A model generated the notes under the pieces. The model saw only the letters and a program-made list of their open reading frames with translations. It did no database searches and was not told the origin of the DNA. A stretch of DNA of 64,000 nt, taken from assembly GCA_965223795.1 (NCBI GenBank), contig CBDCXL010000002.1, positions 1,248,001 through 1,312,000 of the forward strand, read 5' to 3'. The position numbers were made by a program, and so were the translations under genes. Each line of letters opens with the position of its first letter. Position 1 is the first letter of the stretch. Source of the stretch: Nitrospinales bacterium (lineage in GTDB: Bacteria > Nitrospinota > Nitrospinia > Nitrospinales > VA-1). Positions 49,430-59,276 of the stretch are shown piece after piece.

Positions 49430-50686
49430 ATGAGTTTCACCCAGCTTGCCGTCATCTACCTCAGACCGCCCCCTTCGGGATTCCGGCTGTTGTTCGAAAA
49501 AGACATCGCCGGCCTGCCGCTGATCAAACGCCTGGTCCTCACCCTGGGCCGGGCGGGTATCGACGAGGTGCTGCTCATCGCCAAGGGACTGGAACCGGAC
49601 GCGCTCAAGGGGCTGGTGCTGGATCTCAGGGAGGATGCCCGGTTTCGCGGCAATGTCACGGGCTGCGACCACGGCGAGCTGCTTCAAAAAGGCCTCGATT
49701 CGGTCCCGCTGCTGGCGAACGAACCGGGGTTTTTGCTGGTGGAGGGAAACGTGGTGACCACGGCCCCTTCGGTGAAACTTTTTTTACGCCAATCCTACCT
49801 GGAAAACCCGACCGATCCGGCGCCGGTGTACGCCACGCCGCACAACCCCGATACCGAAGCCCGCCTGCATCTGATCGCGCCCGGCCGCCTCGACATTCTG
49901 GAACGCATTCTCAAGGGAGAGGTCATCGACGAACCGGTGGAGTCGGTGCTGTGGGACGAGGACGACGAGCGTTTTTATCTCACCGCGGTGGACAACCTCG
50001 AATCCGCGCAGGCGGCGGAAGCGGGACTGCTCCGGCAGAACCGGCTTGGCTACACGCAGCTTCTGGACCGCTGGGTCAATGCCCGGTTTTCGACCCGGAT
50101 CAGTTCCCGGCTGATCAAGACGCCGCTGACCCCCAACCAGATCACGCTGCTGGGGCTTTTGATCGGGCTGTGCGCGGGGTGGTTCTTCTCCTGGGGAAAT
50201 TACCTGGGCGGGCTTTTGGGCGGGATACTGATGGCCGGCACCGCCGTCTGGGACTGCTGCGACGGCGACGTGGCGCGGCTCAAATTCATGGAGTCGGATT
50301 TCGGCGAATCGCTGGACACGTTCTGCGACAATCTCATCAACGTGTTCGCTTTCACCGGGATGATGATCGGCATGGCCCGCACCGAAGGGTTCGCGCAGGC
50401 GATGATTCCGTTCGGGCTGCTTGCGGCCGGCGGTGTGTCCATCTTCGCGATGATCTACGCCACCCCGCAAGGCAAGGGCGCGCTGTTTGCCGGAACGGCG
50501 CTGGCGCCGGTGATCGAGCTGCTGGCGAGCCGGAATTTCATCTACGTGGTTCTCATATTCGCCCTTTTCGGGCGCATCGATGCGTTCCTCTGGATGGCCG
50601 GATTGGGGTCGGTGCTGTTCGCTTTGGTGCTGTATTTCTTCAAACGGAAAATCCACCGCCGCCCTCCTGAAACCCCTCCGGCGTGA
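49430..50686 (+). CDS. CDP-alcohol phosphotransferase with degenerate N-terminal NTP-transferase-like domain
   Basis: TPNQIT, DCCDGDVAR.K..ES.FG..LD.FCD; N-terminal IAGLPLIKRLVLTL..AGIDEV; start may be the TTG at 49370. Confidence 0.8.
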   Translation: MSFTQLAVIYLRPPPSGFRLLFEKDIAGLPLIKRLVLTLGRAGIDEVLLIAKGLEPDALKGLVLDLREDARFRGNVTGCDHGELLQKGLDSVPLLANEPGFLLVEGNVVTTAPSVKLFLRQSYLENPTDPAPVYATPHNPDTEARLHLIAPGRLDILERILKGEVIDEPVESVLWDEDDERFYLTAVDNLESAQAAEAGLLRQNRLGYTQLLDRWVNARFSTRISSRLIKTPLTPNQITLLGLLIGLCAGWFFSWGNYLGGLLGGILMAGTAVWDCCDGDVARLKFMESDFGESLDTFCDNLINVFAFTGMMIGMARTEGFAQAMIPFGLLAAGGVSIFAMIYATPQGKGALFAGTALAPVIELLASRNFIYVVLIFALFGRIDAFLWMAGLGSVLFALVLYFFKRKIHRRPPETPPA

Positions 50687-50779
50687 AACCCCGATTTTGG
50701 GGATGCCGATAATTCACGATCTATCAACCGGATTGCCCCATCGAGGCGCTTTCCGCCCCTGCCAAATAGCCCTTACCTA

Positions 50780-50807
50780 TTGATTTTTTTGGGTTTTTTG
50801 CTATTCT
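50780..50807 (+). promoter_or_regulatory. Sigma70-type promoter
   Basis: TTGATT-16bp-TATTCT with extended -10 TG. Confidence 0.45.
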
Positions 50808-50840
50808 TAGTGGTTATAGGCCCTTATTGAATTCGGATCT

Positions 50841-52112
50841 ATGCAGCCGCCGAGCGACACAGAATTGAGGAACACCGAAAAGCAGGATGCGCCTGCGGTT
50901 CTGGTTCTATCGCGTCCTCCGAACGCGTGCCCGCCCGGTGACTGGTACTGGAAAAACATCGCCGGCGTGCCGTTCCTGCTGCGCAACGTTTTGACGCTGC
51001 AGCGGGGCGGAGCGGACCCTCTGGTTCTGTACGCCGATAAAAACCTGTTCGGTCTCGGTGAGCTTTCCGAACGGCTTCAAAAGGACCGGCGGCTGAAGCG
51101 GCCTGTGCAGTGCCTCTGCCAACCGGAGGAGCTGGTCGACTTCAGCAAAAATGCCGAGCGGGTGCTGTTTCTGGACGGTTCCTGCCTGCATGAGAAGGAC
51201 CGGGTGCAGCAGCTCTTGCGTTCCGAAGCGGCCGAAGCGGCGCCGCAGCGCATCGCAAGCAGCGAACTGAAAACGCATCTTTCGAATCTCGATGCAAAGA
51301 GCGGCTCCTGGTACGAGTCGCTGCGCAAGCAGGCCCGGCCGGTGGATCCGTTGATCGGGAAAGACCCCGCCTGGGTGCGGGCGGTGTTCGGAGCGGGATC
51401 GCGGCTCACTCAGGAAGCGGATTTCAAGAACTGCGAGAAAGCCCTGCTCTTGAACTCCCGGCTTGCGAATGACAGTTTCATGGACCGCTGGATCACGCGG
51501 TCCATTTCCCGCAGGCTGACGGCGAGATGGCTGCACACAGACTGGACGCCGAACCAGATCACGCTGCTGTCGCTGGTTGTGGGATTGATCGCGGCGGGTT
51601 GTTTCGCGGTCGGGCAGTACGGATTTTCACTCGCCGGAGCGGTGCTGCTTTTGCTCTCGGCATGGATCGACTGCACGGACGGCGAGATCGCGCGGATCAA
51701 GTTCATGGAATCCGCGCTGGGGAAGCAGCTGGATATCCTGAGCGACAACGTCGTTCACTGGGCGCTGTTTTTCTGCATCGGCCTGGGGTTGTACCGGGCT
51801 TATGACGATGCCCTGTATCTCTGGCTCGGCGGGCTTTCGGTGCTGGGCAGCCTGACGGCGTTTTTCCTGCTCTGGCGGGACATCGTGGCAGGCAAGGAAC
51901 AAGCCGCGCAGCCGTCCAACGAGACAGGACGCACGCAGGATTTCGTGGACCGGCTCGCCAACCGGGATTTCACCTATCTGGTTCTGGTGATGGCGTGCAT
52001 CGGCAAAATGGAAATTTTTCTCGGGCTCACGGCTCTCGGCTCCAACGCCCTGGCTGTGTACCTGCTGTTCAACCGGCTCAAAAAAACGCCCGTTCCCACT
52101 GTGGGAACCTGA
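50841..52112 (+). CDS. Second CDP-alcohol phosphotransferase with degenerate NTP-transferase-like domain
   Basis: TPNQIT, DCTDGEIAR.K..ES.LG..LD..SD, LANRDF; N-terminal IAGVPFLLRNVLTL. Confidence 0.8.
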   Translation: MQPPSDTELRNTEKQDAPAVLVLSRPPNACPPGDWYWKNIAGVPFLLRNVLTLQRGGADPLVLYADKNLFGLGELSERLQKDRRLKRPVQCLCQPEELVDFSKNAERVLFLDGSCLHEKDRVQQLLRSEAAEAAPQRIASSELKTHLSNLDAKSGSWYESLRKQARPVDPLIGKDPAWVRAVFGAGSRLTQEADFKNCEKALLLNSRLANDSFMDRWITRSISRRLTARWLHTDWTPNQITLLSLVVGLIAAGCFAVGQYGFSLAGAVLLLLSAWIDCTDGEIARIKFMESALGKQLDILSDNVVHWALFFCIGLGLYRAYDDALYLWLGGLSVLGSLTAFFLLWRDIVAGKEQAAQPSNETGRTQDFVDRLANRDFTYLVLVMACIGKMEIFLGLTALGSNALAVYLLFNRLKKTPVPTVGT

Positions 52113-52145
52113 CTGGTACCGGCAATTTATTCATCGGAGGAGGAA

Positions 52146-55058
52146 ATGGTCCGTTCCATAGAACCCATTGTCAATGCTTTGAAGGATGCAAAATCCCAGG
52201 GGAAAGGCGGCATCCTTTTGACCGGAGCGGGCTGCTCCGTGGAAGGCGGCGTTCCCGATACGGCCGGTTTTGTCAAACGGGTCGAAAAGGAATTCCCGCA
52301 GATTTTTTCCAAGGCCAACACCCGGGATTACCACCGTCTGGCGGTGGAATGCGCGGGTGAAGAGCCGTTTCGCGTGCACGGGCACGGTCCGGAGACCACT
52401 TCCCTGAACTGGGCGCACATCGCCGCGGCGCTGCTCTTGAAAGAGCAGTTCATCGGGCGGCTGCTGACGGTGAATTTCGACTCGCTGGCACAGCGCGCCT
52501 GTCATCTGCTGGGTCATTATCCTGCGGTTTACGACTGCGTAGCGGGCAAACCCTCGGTCAACGGCACGGGAATCCCGTCCGGCCTGTGGCACCTGCACGG
52601 GCAGGTTCCGGGCGCGGCGAAGCTGCACAGCAAGGAAGGCCACGCGGCGCTCAACCAGTCGCTGGAGGCGGTGTTCAAGAACGCCGGCAGGGAGCACCCC
52701 TGGATCGTGGTCGGCTACCGGGGCGAAAACGACCCGGTGTTCGAACAGCTCAAAAAAATAGAACAATTCGAAAAAGGCCTGTTCTGGATCGGCCTGGGCG
52801 ACGCCGAGGCCCCCAAACACGTTCAGGAAGGTCTGCTCAAAAAGAACAAGGGCGCGGTGTACCTCAACGGACAGGATGCGGACAGCTTTCTGGTGGCGCT
52901 GTGCCGGGAGCTTGCGGTGTTTCCGCCGGAGTTCGTGGCAAGGCCGTACACGCATCTGCACAACCAGGTGAAATCGATCGCTCCCTACCCGGTGCAGGGC
53001 TCGCACGACACGATCGACCTGACCCGCACATTGAAAGACGAGTTGAAGATCTCCATCGCCCGCTTCGAGAGCAAAGACGGCGCGGGCAAGGCCTCGCAGC
53101 CTTCCACCGAAGAACAGCGCGAGCTGTTCAACACCATTCTCGCGGCGCAGGGGCACCTGCTGGCGGAGCAGCCGGACGAGGTGCTTCAATTCCGCAGCAA
53201 GTTCGACCGGATGCCTTCGGCGGAGCTTGCGGTGCTGCTTTACTGGGCCTCGGTCATGAAAGGCGACGCGCTGCTCAAACAGGAGCGGGCCGAGTCGAAA
53301 CCGGACAAAAAACTGCTGCTTCTCAAAGAGGCGGGCGAATTCTACGAGTCGGCGACGCAGATCCGGTCCGACCAGCACAAGGCGTTCTACCGCTGGGGCA
53401 CGGTGCTCATGCAGCTGGCGCGCGCCGAAGCGGGGGACACCGCCGCCAAACTGTTCACCGATGCGAGCGAGAAGCTGCAGGCGGCGGTCAAGATCAACGC
53501 CAATCTGTATGAAATCCACGACGCTCTGGGCGCCTGCTATTTCGAGCTGGGCGTTCTGACTCCGGACAAGCAGGCCGAAACCCGCTTCGAACAGGCGGTG
53601 AAGCACTACAAGGCGGCGCTCGCCCTGAAGGAAGATCTGCCGGAAACGCTGTTCGGTCTCGGCAAGGCGATGGTGAACCTGGCGGCGTCGATGAAAGGCG
53701 GCCAGGCGGTGCAGGTGTTCGCCCAGGCCATGAAGCAGTTCGAAACCGCGCTCAAGTTCAAGCCCGACCACGGCGAAGCCTTCGTGTGCTGGGGGCATGT
53801 GCTGATGACGCTGGCGGAAAACATGGACCACGAGGACGGCGACGCGTTCCTCGCGCAGGCGCAGGACAAGTTCGCCGCCGCGGTCAAAATCCACCCGGAT
53901 CATTACCAGGCCTACTCGAGCTGGGGCAAGGTGCTGTGGACCCGCGGCACGCGCGCGGGCATGGAGCAGGCGGAGACGTTCTTCAGCCAGGCCATGGAAA
54001 AATTCCAGTCGGCGCTGTCGCACAACGACCAACTCGCGGAAGCGTGGTTCGGCTGGGGCGAGGTGCTGTTCATCCTGGGCACCCGGGCGCGCGGCGAAAA
54101 AGGCAACCGGTTTCTCAACCAGGCGGTGGAAAAATACCGCGCCGCCCTGGAGATCGAGCCGGAACACTGCGACGCGCTGAACGCCTGGGGCAATTCGCTG
54201 TTCTTCCTGGCGAAAAACTCCGACGATGTGGACGCGGAAGAGATCTGCTCGCTGGCGGCGGCCAAGTATCAGGAGGTGCTGGCCAAATCGCCCAGCCACT
54301 CGCAGGCGCTGACCAACTGGGGCAACGTGTTTCTGCACCTTTCGCAGATCAAGAAAGCGCAGGAGCAGGCTTTGCTCAATCAGGCGGCGGAAAAATACCG
54401 CGCCGCCCTGGAGATGGACCCGCAGAACGCCGAAGCCTTGAGCAACTGGGGCAATGTGCTGTTCAAGCTGGCGCAGCGCAAGGATTTCCCGGACACCAAG
54501 AAACTCTACCGCATGGCGGAAGAAAAATACCAGGCCGCGCTGGCCATCAACCCGACTTACATGGAAGCCTTCAACAACCTGGGCTGGATCCTCACGCACA
54601 AGGCGATCAACGGCAACGTGGACGATCCGGAAGCGCTGTTCAACAAGGCGAGCGAAAACTTCCAGCAGGCGGTGGAGATCAACCCGGAACTGAGCTCCGC
54701 CTACATCAACTGGGGCAACGCGCTCATGGAACAGGCGAAAACCAAAAAAGGCATCAACGTGCACCCGTTTTTGGCCAACGCCAAAAAGAAACTGCTGCGC
54801 GGCGAGGAACTCGATCCGGGCAGCGGCTCCTACCAGCTCGCACGGCTGATGGCGCTTCTGGCCAACGAGACCGGCTGCCGCGAATGGCTGATGAAATCCA
54901 AGGAACAGGGCGTGCTGCCCAACAGCAACATCTGGATGAACGAGCCGGATTTCGACAGCGTGCGCGAATCGAAATGGTTCAAGAAAATGATGCTGGACGC
55001 GATGGCGCAGAAAGGCAAGCCCGCGCGTCCGGTGGAAGAGATGGCTTCGAACGCTTGA
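52146..55058 (+). CDS. SIR2-like domain + TPR-like repeat protein
   Basis: LLTGAGCS, LTVNFD, HLHG and VVGY SIR2 motifs; about 12 repeats of ~44 aa (A..NWG..L..LA...A.EKY..AL...P); GGAGG RBS. Confidence 0.85.
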   Translation: MVRSIEPIVNALKDAKSQGKGGILLTGAGCSVEGGVPDTAGFVKRVEKEFPQIFSKANTRDYHRLAVECAGEEPFRVHGHGPETTSLNWAHIAAALLLKEQFIGRLLTVNFDSLAQRACHLLGHYPAVYDCVAGKPSVNGTGIPSGLWHLHGQVPGAAKLHSKEGHAALNQSLEAVFKNAGREHPWIVVGYRGENDPVFEQLKKIEQFEKGLFWIGLGDAEAPKHVQEGLLKKNKGAVYLNGQDADSFLVALCRELAVFPPEFVARPYTHLHNQVKSIAPYPVQGSHDTIDLTRTLKDELKISIARFESKDGAGKASQPSTEEQRELFNTILAAQGHLLAEQPDEVLQFRSKFDRMPSAELAVLLYWASVMKGDALLKQERAESKPDKKLLLLKEAGEFYESATQIRSDQHKAFYRWGTVLMQLARAEAGDTAAKLFTDASEKLQAAVKINANLYEIHDALGACYFELGVLTPDKQAETRFEQAVKHYKAALALKEDLPETLFGLGKAMVNLAASMKGGQAVQVFAQAMKQFETALKFKPDHGEAFVCWGHVLMTLAENMDHEDGDAFLAQAQDKFAAAVKIHPDHYQAYSSWGKVLWTRGTRAGMEQAETFFSQAMEKFQSALSHNDQLAEAWFGWGEVLFILGTRARGEKGNRFLNQAVEKYRAALEIEPEHCDALNAWGNSLFFLAKNSDDVDAEEICSLAAAKYQEVLAKSPSHSQALTNWGNVFLHLSQIKKAQEQALLNQAAEKYRAALEMDPQNAEALSNWGNVLFKLAQRKDFPDTKKLYRMAEEKYQAALAINPTYMEAFNNLGWILTHKAINGNVDDPEALFNKASENFQQAVEINPELSSAYINWGNALMEQAKTKKGINVHPFLANAKKKLLRGEELDPGSGSYQLARLMALLANETGCREWLMKSKEQGVLPNSNIWMNEPDFDSVRESKWFKKMMLDAMAQKGKPARPVEEMASNA

Positions 55059-55090
55059 GGCGCGCCCTCCCCCTCACGGGGGCGCGCTTC
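55057..55090. terminator. GC-rich hairpin between convergent genes
   Basis: GAGGCGCGCCCTC...GGGGGCGCGCTTC. Confidence 0.55.
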
Positions 55091-55137
55091 GCATTCCTTT
55101 CCCCCGCTCGACGACTCCCACAGACTTTTTCCCCGGC

Positions 55138-57141
55138 TTAAGATTCGTTTTCCTCTGTCCCGATTTTCCAGGAAGCATTCCGCTGCGCGAGAAACGTCCG
55201 CACTTCCTTAAGATCCGCGACCACGCGGCATTGCGGCAGCGACGTCAGAAAATGTTTTCCGTAACTGCGGTTGACCACGCGCGTGTCGAGGATCGACACG
55301 ATGCCGGTGTCGGTGCGTTTGCGGATCAGGCGGCCGAATCCCTGCTTCAGCTGGATGATGGCGCGCGGGATCTGGTAGTTCCTGAACGGATCGATGGAAT
55401 TTTTCTTCAAATCCTCCAGGCGCGCTTCGGTGAGCGGCTCGTTGGGGACGTCGAACGGCAGCTTGGTGATGATGACGCTGGTGAGCGCGTCGCCGGGGAT
55501 GTCCACGCCCTGCCAGAAGGAGCTGGTGCCGAAGATGACGGACGGAACCTCCTTGAACCGCCGGATCATCTCGGCGGTGGGCAGGTCGCCCTGCTTGAGC
55601 AGGCGGAACGACCGCCCCAGGTATTCCAGCTTGTCGTAGACGCGGTTGAGCACCGAATAGCTGGTGAACAGGATGAAGGTCTTGCCCTGGGAGGCTTCGA
55701 TCAACTCCGCCGAACGCCGGGCCACGCCTTCGACGTAGGTCTCGATCTTCTCCGTCGGTTCGGGCAGGTCGCGGGGAACGTAGATCAGCGCCTGGGCGGG
55801 GTAGTCGAAGGGCGCGGGCAGCACGCGCTCGTCGGCCGGTTCGCAGCCGATGCGGTCCTTGATGAACCCGAATCCCTTGTGCGTGGTGAGCGTGGCGGAA
55901 GTGAGGATCACACGCTCGTTTTTATCGAACACTTCTTTCTTGAGCAGCGGCGCCACGTTCACGGGCACGCCGCGCAGCGACACCCGGGGGTAGCGTTTGC
56001 GCCGGGCGATCTCCAGCCAGTAGACGAAGCCTTCCAGGTTCTGGTTGAGCAGCGCCGACAGGCTGTTGTTGAAGCTCAGGCTGCGCTCGGCGGCGGAACC
56101 GGCGTCGAGCTTGTCCTCCTCTTTCTGCAGCCGCCCTTCGAGCGTTTTCAGCAGCTCGTGCAGCTTCTGCATGGGCACGAAGACGTTGTTGTCGAACACC
56201 GGCGGCTGGTAGAAACGCAGCACGCGGTCCTCGCGGCCGAACTCTTCCAGGAGCCGCGTGAAGAACGTGTCGACGGCGATGCGGGTGAGGGACACCTGCC
56301 GTTTGATTTCCGGCACCAGGTCGTGCTCCAGCCGGTTGAGCACGCCGCGCCGGGTTTTCGGATTGTGCAGGCGGTCGAGGAAATAGTACAGCGAGGCGTT
56401 GGAAATCTCCAGGCCGAGGAACGAGGTGGCGGCGTCCTCGATGTTCTGCGCTTCGTCGAACACGACGGCGTCGTAAGCGGGCAGCACGCCGCCGCCGCTG
56501 GCGATGTTGGCGAAAAACAGGTGGTGGTTGACGATGAGCAGGTGCGAGCGGAACCACTGCCGCCGTTCCTTGAAGTAGAAACACTGGGAGAAGGACTCGC
56601 AGTTTTTACCCATGCACTGGTCTTTCTGGCGGCCCACTTCCTCCCACACCGAAGGCAGCGCCTCGAACGGCAGGTCGCCGCGCAGCCCGGTCTTCGTTTC
56701 CTGCACCCAGTCGAAGATGGCCTGCATCTGGCCGTCCTCTTCGGCGCGCGCGAACAGCCCGGTCTGGGCGGCGCGCTTGAGCCTTCTCAGCGACAGGTAG
56801 TTTTCGTGCCCGAGGCAGAGTGCGTGGTTGAACTCGACGCCGAGCCGTTCCTTGATGAACGGGATGTCGTGGCTCAGGATCTGCTGCTGCAGGGTCTTGG
56901 TGTAGGTGGAGACGACGACCTTCTTTTTTTCGCGCACCGCCCACAGGATCGCCGGGATGAGATAGGCGAGGCTCTTGCCCGTTCCGGTGCCCGCCTCGAC
57001 GATGAGGGGGTGGCCCTGCTCGAACGCGCTTTCCACCGCTTCGGCCATCTCCACCTGCTGGGGACGGTATTCGAACCCCTGCATGCACTGGGACATCAGG
57101 CCGTCGGCGTTGAGGATGGACTGAACTTGCGTCAAAGACAC
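55138..57141 (-). CDS. dinG: DinG/YoaA-family ATP-dependent DNA helicase
   Basis: RPQQ Q-motif, EAGTGTGKS, Cys cluster, DEAQ, TSATL, FWQGVDIPG, QGFGRLIR. Confidence 0.9.
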   Translation of the reverse strand: MSLTQVQSILNADGLMSQCMQGFEYRPQQVEMAEAVESAFEQGHPLIVEAGTGTGKSLAYLIPAILWAVREKKKVVVSTYTKTLQQQILSHDIPFIKERLGVEFNHALCLGHENYLSLRRLKRAAQTGLFARAEEDGQMQAIFDWVQETKTGLRGDLPFEALPSVWEEVGRQKDQCMGKNCESFSQCFYFKERRQWFRSHLLIVNHHLFFANIASGGGVLPAYDAVVFDEAQNIEDAATSFLGLEISNASLYYFLDRLHNPKTRRGVLNRLEHDLVPEIKRQVSLTRIAVDTFFTRLLEEFGREDRVLRFYQPPVFDNNVFVPMQKLHELLKTLEGRLQKEEDKLDAGSAAERSLSFNNSLSALLNQNLEGFVYWLEIARRKRYPRVSLRGVPVNVAPLLKKEVFDKNERVILTSATLTTHKGFGFIKDRIGCEPADERVLPAPFDYPAQALIYVPRDLPEPTEKIETYVEGVARRSAELIEASQGKTFILFTSYSVLNRVYDKLEYLGRSFRLLKQGDLPTAEMIRRFKEVPSVIFGTSSFWQGVDIPGDALTSVIITKLPFDVPNEPLTEARLEDLKKNSIDPFRNYQIPRAIIQLKQGFGRLIRKRTDTGIVSILDTRVVNRSYGKHFLTSLPQCRVVADLKEVRTFLAQRNASWKIGTEENES

Positions 57142-57238
57142 GGGCGCCTCGATTTAAGGATGGAAAACAACGCTCCGGCAGGTCCGGCGAAACGGTCGTA
57201 TGACATAAAAATCAATGCTTTACTTGCGGGGTGCATTG

Positions 57239-57267
57239 TTGACCGCACCGGTTAAATTTCATAAGAT
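57239..57267 (+). promoter_or_regulatory. Sigma70-type promoter
   Basis: TTGACC-17bp-TAAGAT. Confidence 0.55.
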
Positions 57268-57337
57268 ATTTGTGACAGGGTTGCGCCCGAAAGTTCCGGT
57301 GAGCGATCCATTCTACCATTTCCTCTCAGGAGGTCCG

Positions 57338-58027
57338 ATGAGAACCCTTGCAATCTATCTGCTCGTATCGCTTTTTTTCCTCACCCCCGCCTTCGCCGAC
57401 ACCGCCGATCAACGCGAGAAACTGCGGGAAGCGGTGATGGTTCTGGAAGAAATCCAGCATTCCCCCGATCATAAAATCCCCTCCAAACTGATCCAGAAAG
57501 CCAAGGCGATCATCGTGTTTCCGACCATGCTCAAGGGCGGGTTCATCTTCGCGGCGCGTTACGGTAAAGGCGTCGCCACGGTACGCGACAGCAAAACCGG
57601 GAAATGGGGACCGCCGGCGTTCATCCGCACCATCGGCGGCAGCTGGGGTTTCCAGATCGGCGGCGAAGCCATCGACCTGGTGCTGCTCGTCATGTCGCAG
57701 CGCGGCATCGAAGGACTGCTGAACAGCAAGTTCACGCTGGGCGCGGACGCTTCGGTGGCCGCGGGACCGGTGGGCCGGCACGCGGAAGCGGGGGCGGACG
57801 TGACGCTCAAGGGCGAAATCTATTCCTACTCGCGCAGCAAAGGCGTGTTCGCCGGCGTGTCGGTGAAAGGCGCGGTGATCAACGAGGACACCGACGCCAA
57901 CTGGGGCTATTACGACCGGCCGCTCTCGCCCAAGGAAATCCTCATCGAGGGACGGGTCAAAAAGTTTTCCGAATCCACCCGGCGTTTCATGAACGAGATG
58001 AACCGCATCGCCCCGGCGCGCGGATGA
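57338..58027 (+). CDS. Lipid-binding SYLF/Ysc84-domain protein
   Basis: Signal peptide; KGGFIF..RYG.G, GGSWGFQIG, LGADASVAAGPVGR, YSRSKG.FAG. Confidence 0.88.
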   Translation: MRTLAIYLLVSLFFLTPAFADTADQREKLREAVMVLEEIQHSPDHKIPSKLIQKAKAIIVFPTMLKGGFIFAARYGKGVATVRDSKTGKWGPPAFIRTIGGSWGFQIGGEAIDLVLLVMSQRGIEGLLNSKFTLGADASVAAGPVGRHAEAGADVTLKGEIYSYSRSKGVFAGVSVKGAVINEDTDANWGYYDRPLSPKEILIEGRVKKFSESTRRFMNEMNRIAPARG

Positions 58028-58054
58028 TTCCCGCCTGCTCTGGACCGGCCCGCT

Positions 58055-59255
58055 TCACGCATCGATGCGGGCGCGGATCCGGGCGCTCGCGGTGTCCAGA
58101 GCGATGACCACGACGGCGATGGCGAACAGCGCCGTTCCCGCCTGGCGGTACTGCAATAGATTGATCCACTGCTGTAGCAAAAAGCCGATGCCGCCGCCCC
58201 CCACAAAACCGATGATGGTGGACATGCGCACGTTGATGTCCCAGCGGTAAAAACTCAGCGCCAGAAACTGCGGCACCACCTGCGGCACGACGCCGTACAG
58301 CACGACCTGCGCGGGCGTCGCGCCGGTCGCCTGGATGGCCTCGACGGGACCGGTGTCGATGCTCTCGATCTGCTCGGAAAACAGTTTGCCGAGCGCGGCG
58401 ATGGAATGCACGCCGAGCGCCAGCACGCCGGCGAACGGCCCGATGCCCACCCACACCGCGAACAGGATCGCCATGATCAAAGGCTCGATCGAACGCAGCA
58501 CATTGAACACGGTGCGCACGCCGTAATACACGACCGTGGTGGGCCAGCGTTTGGTCATCAGGTTCTGCGCGCCGAGAAAGCTGAGCGGCGCGGCGACGAG
58601 CACCGCCAGCGTGGTGGCCATGAGCGCGAGGAACAGGGTCTCGACCATCTTTTCCAGTGTGAGTTTCAATGTGGGGCTCACGGACCAGCCGCCGGTCTTT
58701 GAGGTCAACACCGCCCGCAGGATCTGCGGGTTGCCGCGCGCCATCTCCGGGACCGCCACATCAAGAGAGAACGCGCCGTCTTCGCCGATGGTGAAGTCTC
58801 CCAGCGGAAACTCCTGCTCTATGGCGTTCACCCAGTACAGCGTCCCGCGGCTGTCCGGCGGCAGCCGCACGCCTTGCACGCGCAGCGCGTCCCCCACCCT
58901 GCCTTCCTGACGCGAGAGGACCAGCGCGGGCGCGTCCGCGCCGTCATTTTCCTGCAGCAGGGCGGCGGCAAATCCATCGGAAAGCAGAAAGCCGGTTTCG
59001 ACGGTGACCGTTTCGCTGTCGGCGCGGACCAGGTCCGGCCGCAGGAGATCGCGCACCAGCGGCTTGACGAGGTGCACGTCGCGCACCAGTTCGCCGAGGT
59101 CGATTTCGGTGACGCGCCAGCCGTAGCTGTACACCACGACGAGGACGAGCGCGAGAATCAGGGTGCGGGTCCTGCCGTACCATGGCCGGGCGTTCGCCGC
59201 CGGCTTCGGGCTTGCCGGTGGCGCCGCTTGCGGATGGTTTGTCGGATTCGGTCAT
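58055..59255 (-). CDS. phnE: PhnE/PtxC-type ABC permease, apparently frameshifted near the 5' end
   Basis: ETLFLALMAT, LRSIEPLIMAILF...VGIGPFAGVLAL, KLFSEQIESID.GP.EA, RWDINVRMST..G.VGGGGIG; the ATG at 59255 is out of frame with the permease body. Confidence 0.8.
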
Positions 59256-59276
59256 GATGGACCGGCGTCGGGCGGG

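Noticed and set aside
55138..57141. CasDinG or a defence partner of the SIR2-TPR gene
   Set aside because: Ordinary DinG/YoaA features, convergent orientation with a hairpin between the genes, and no type IV cas genes
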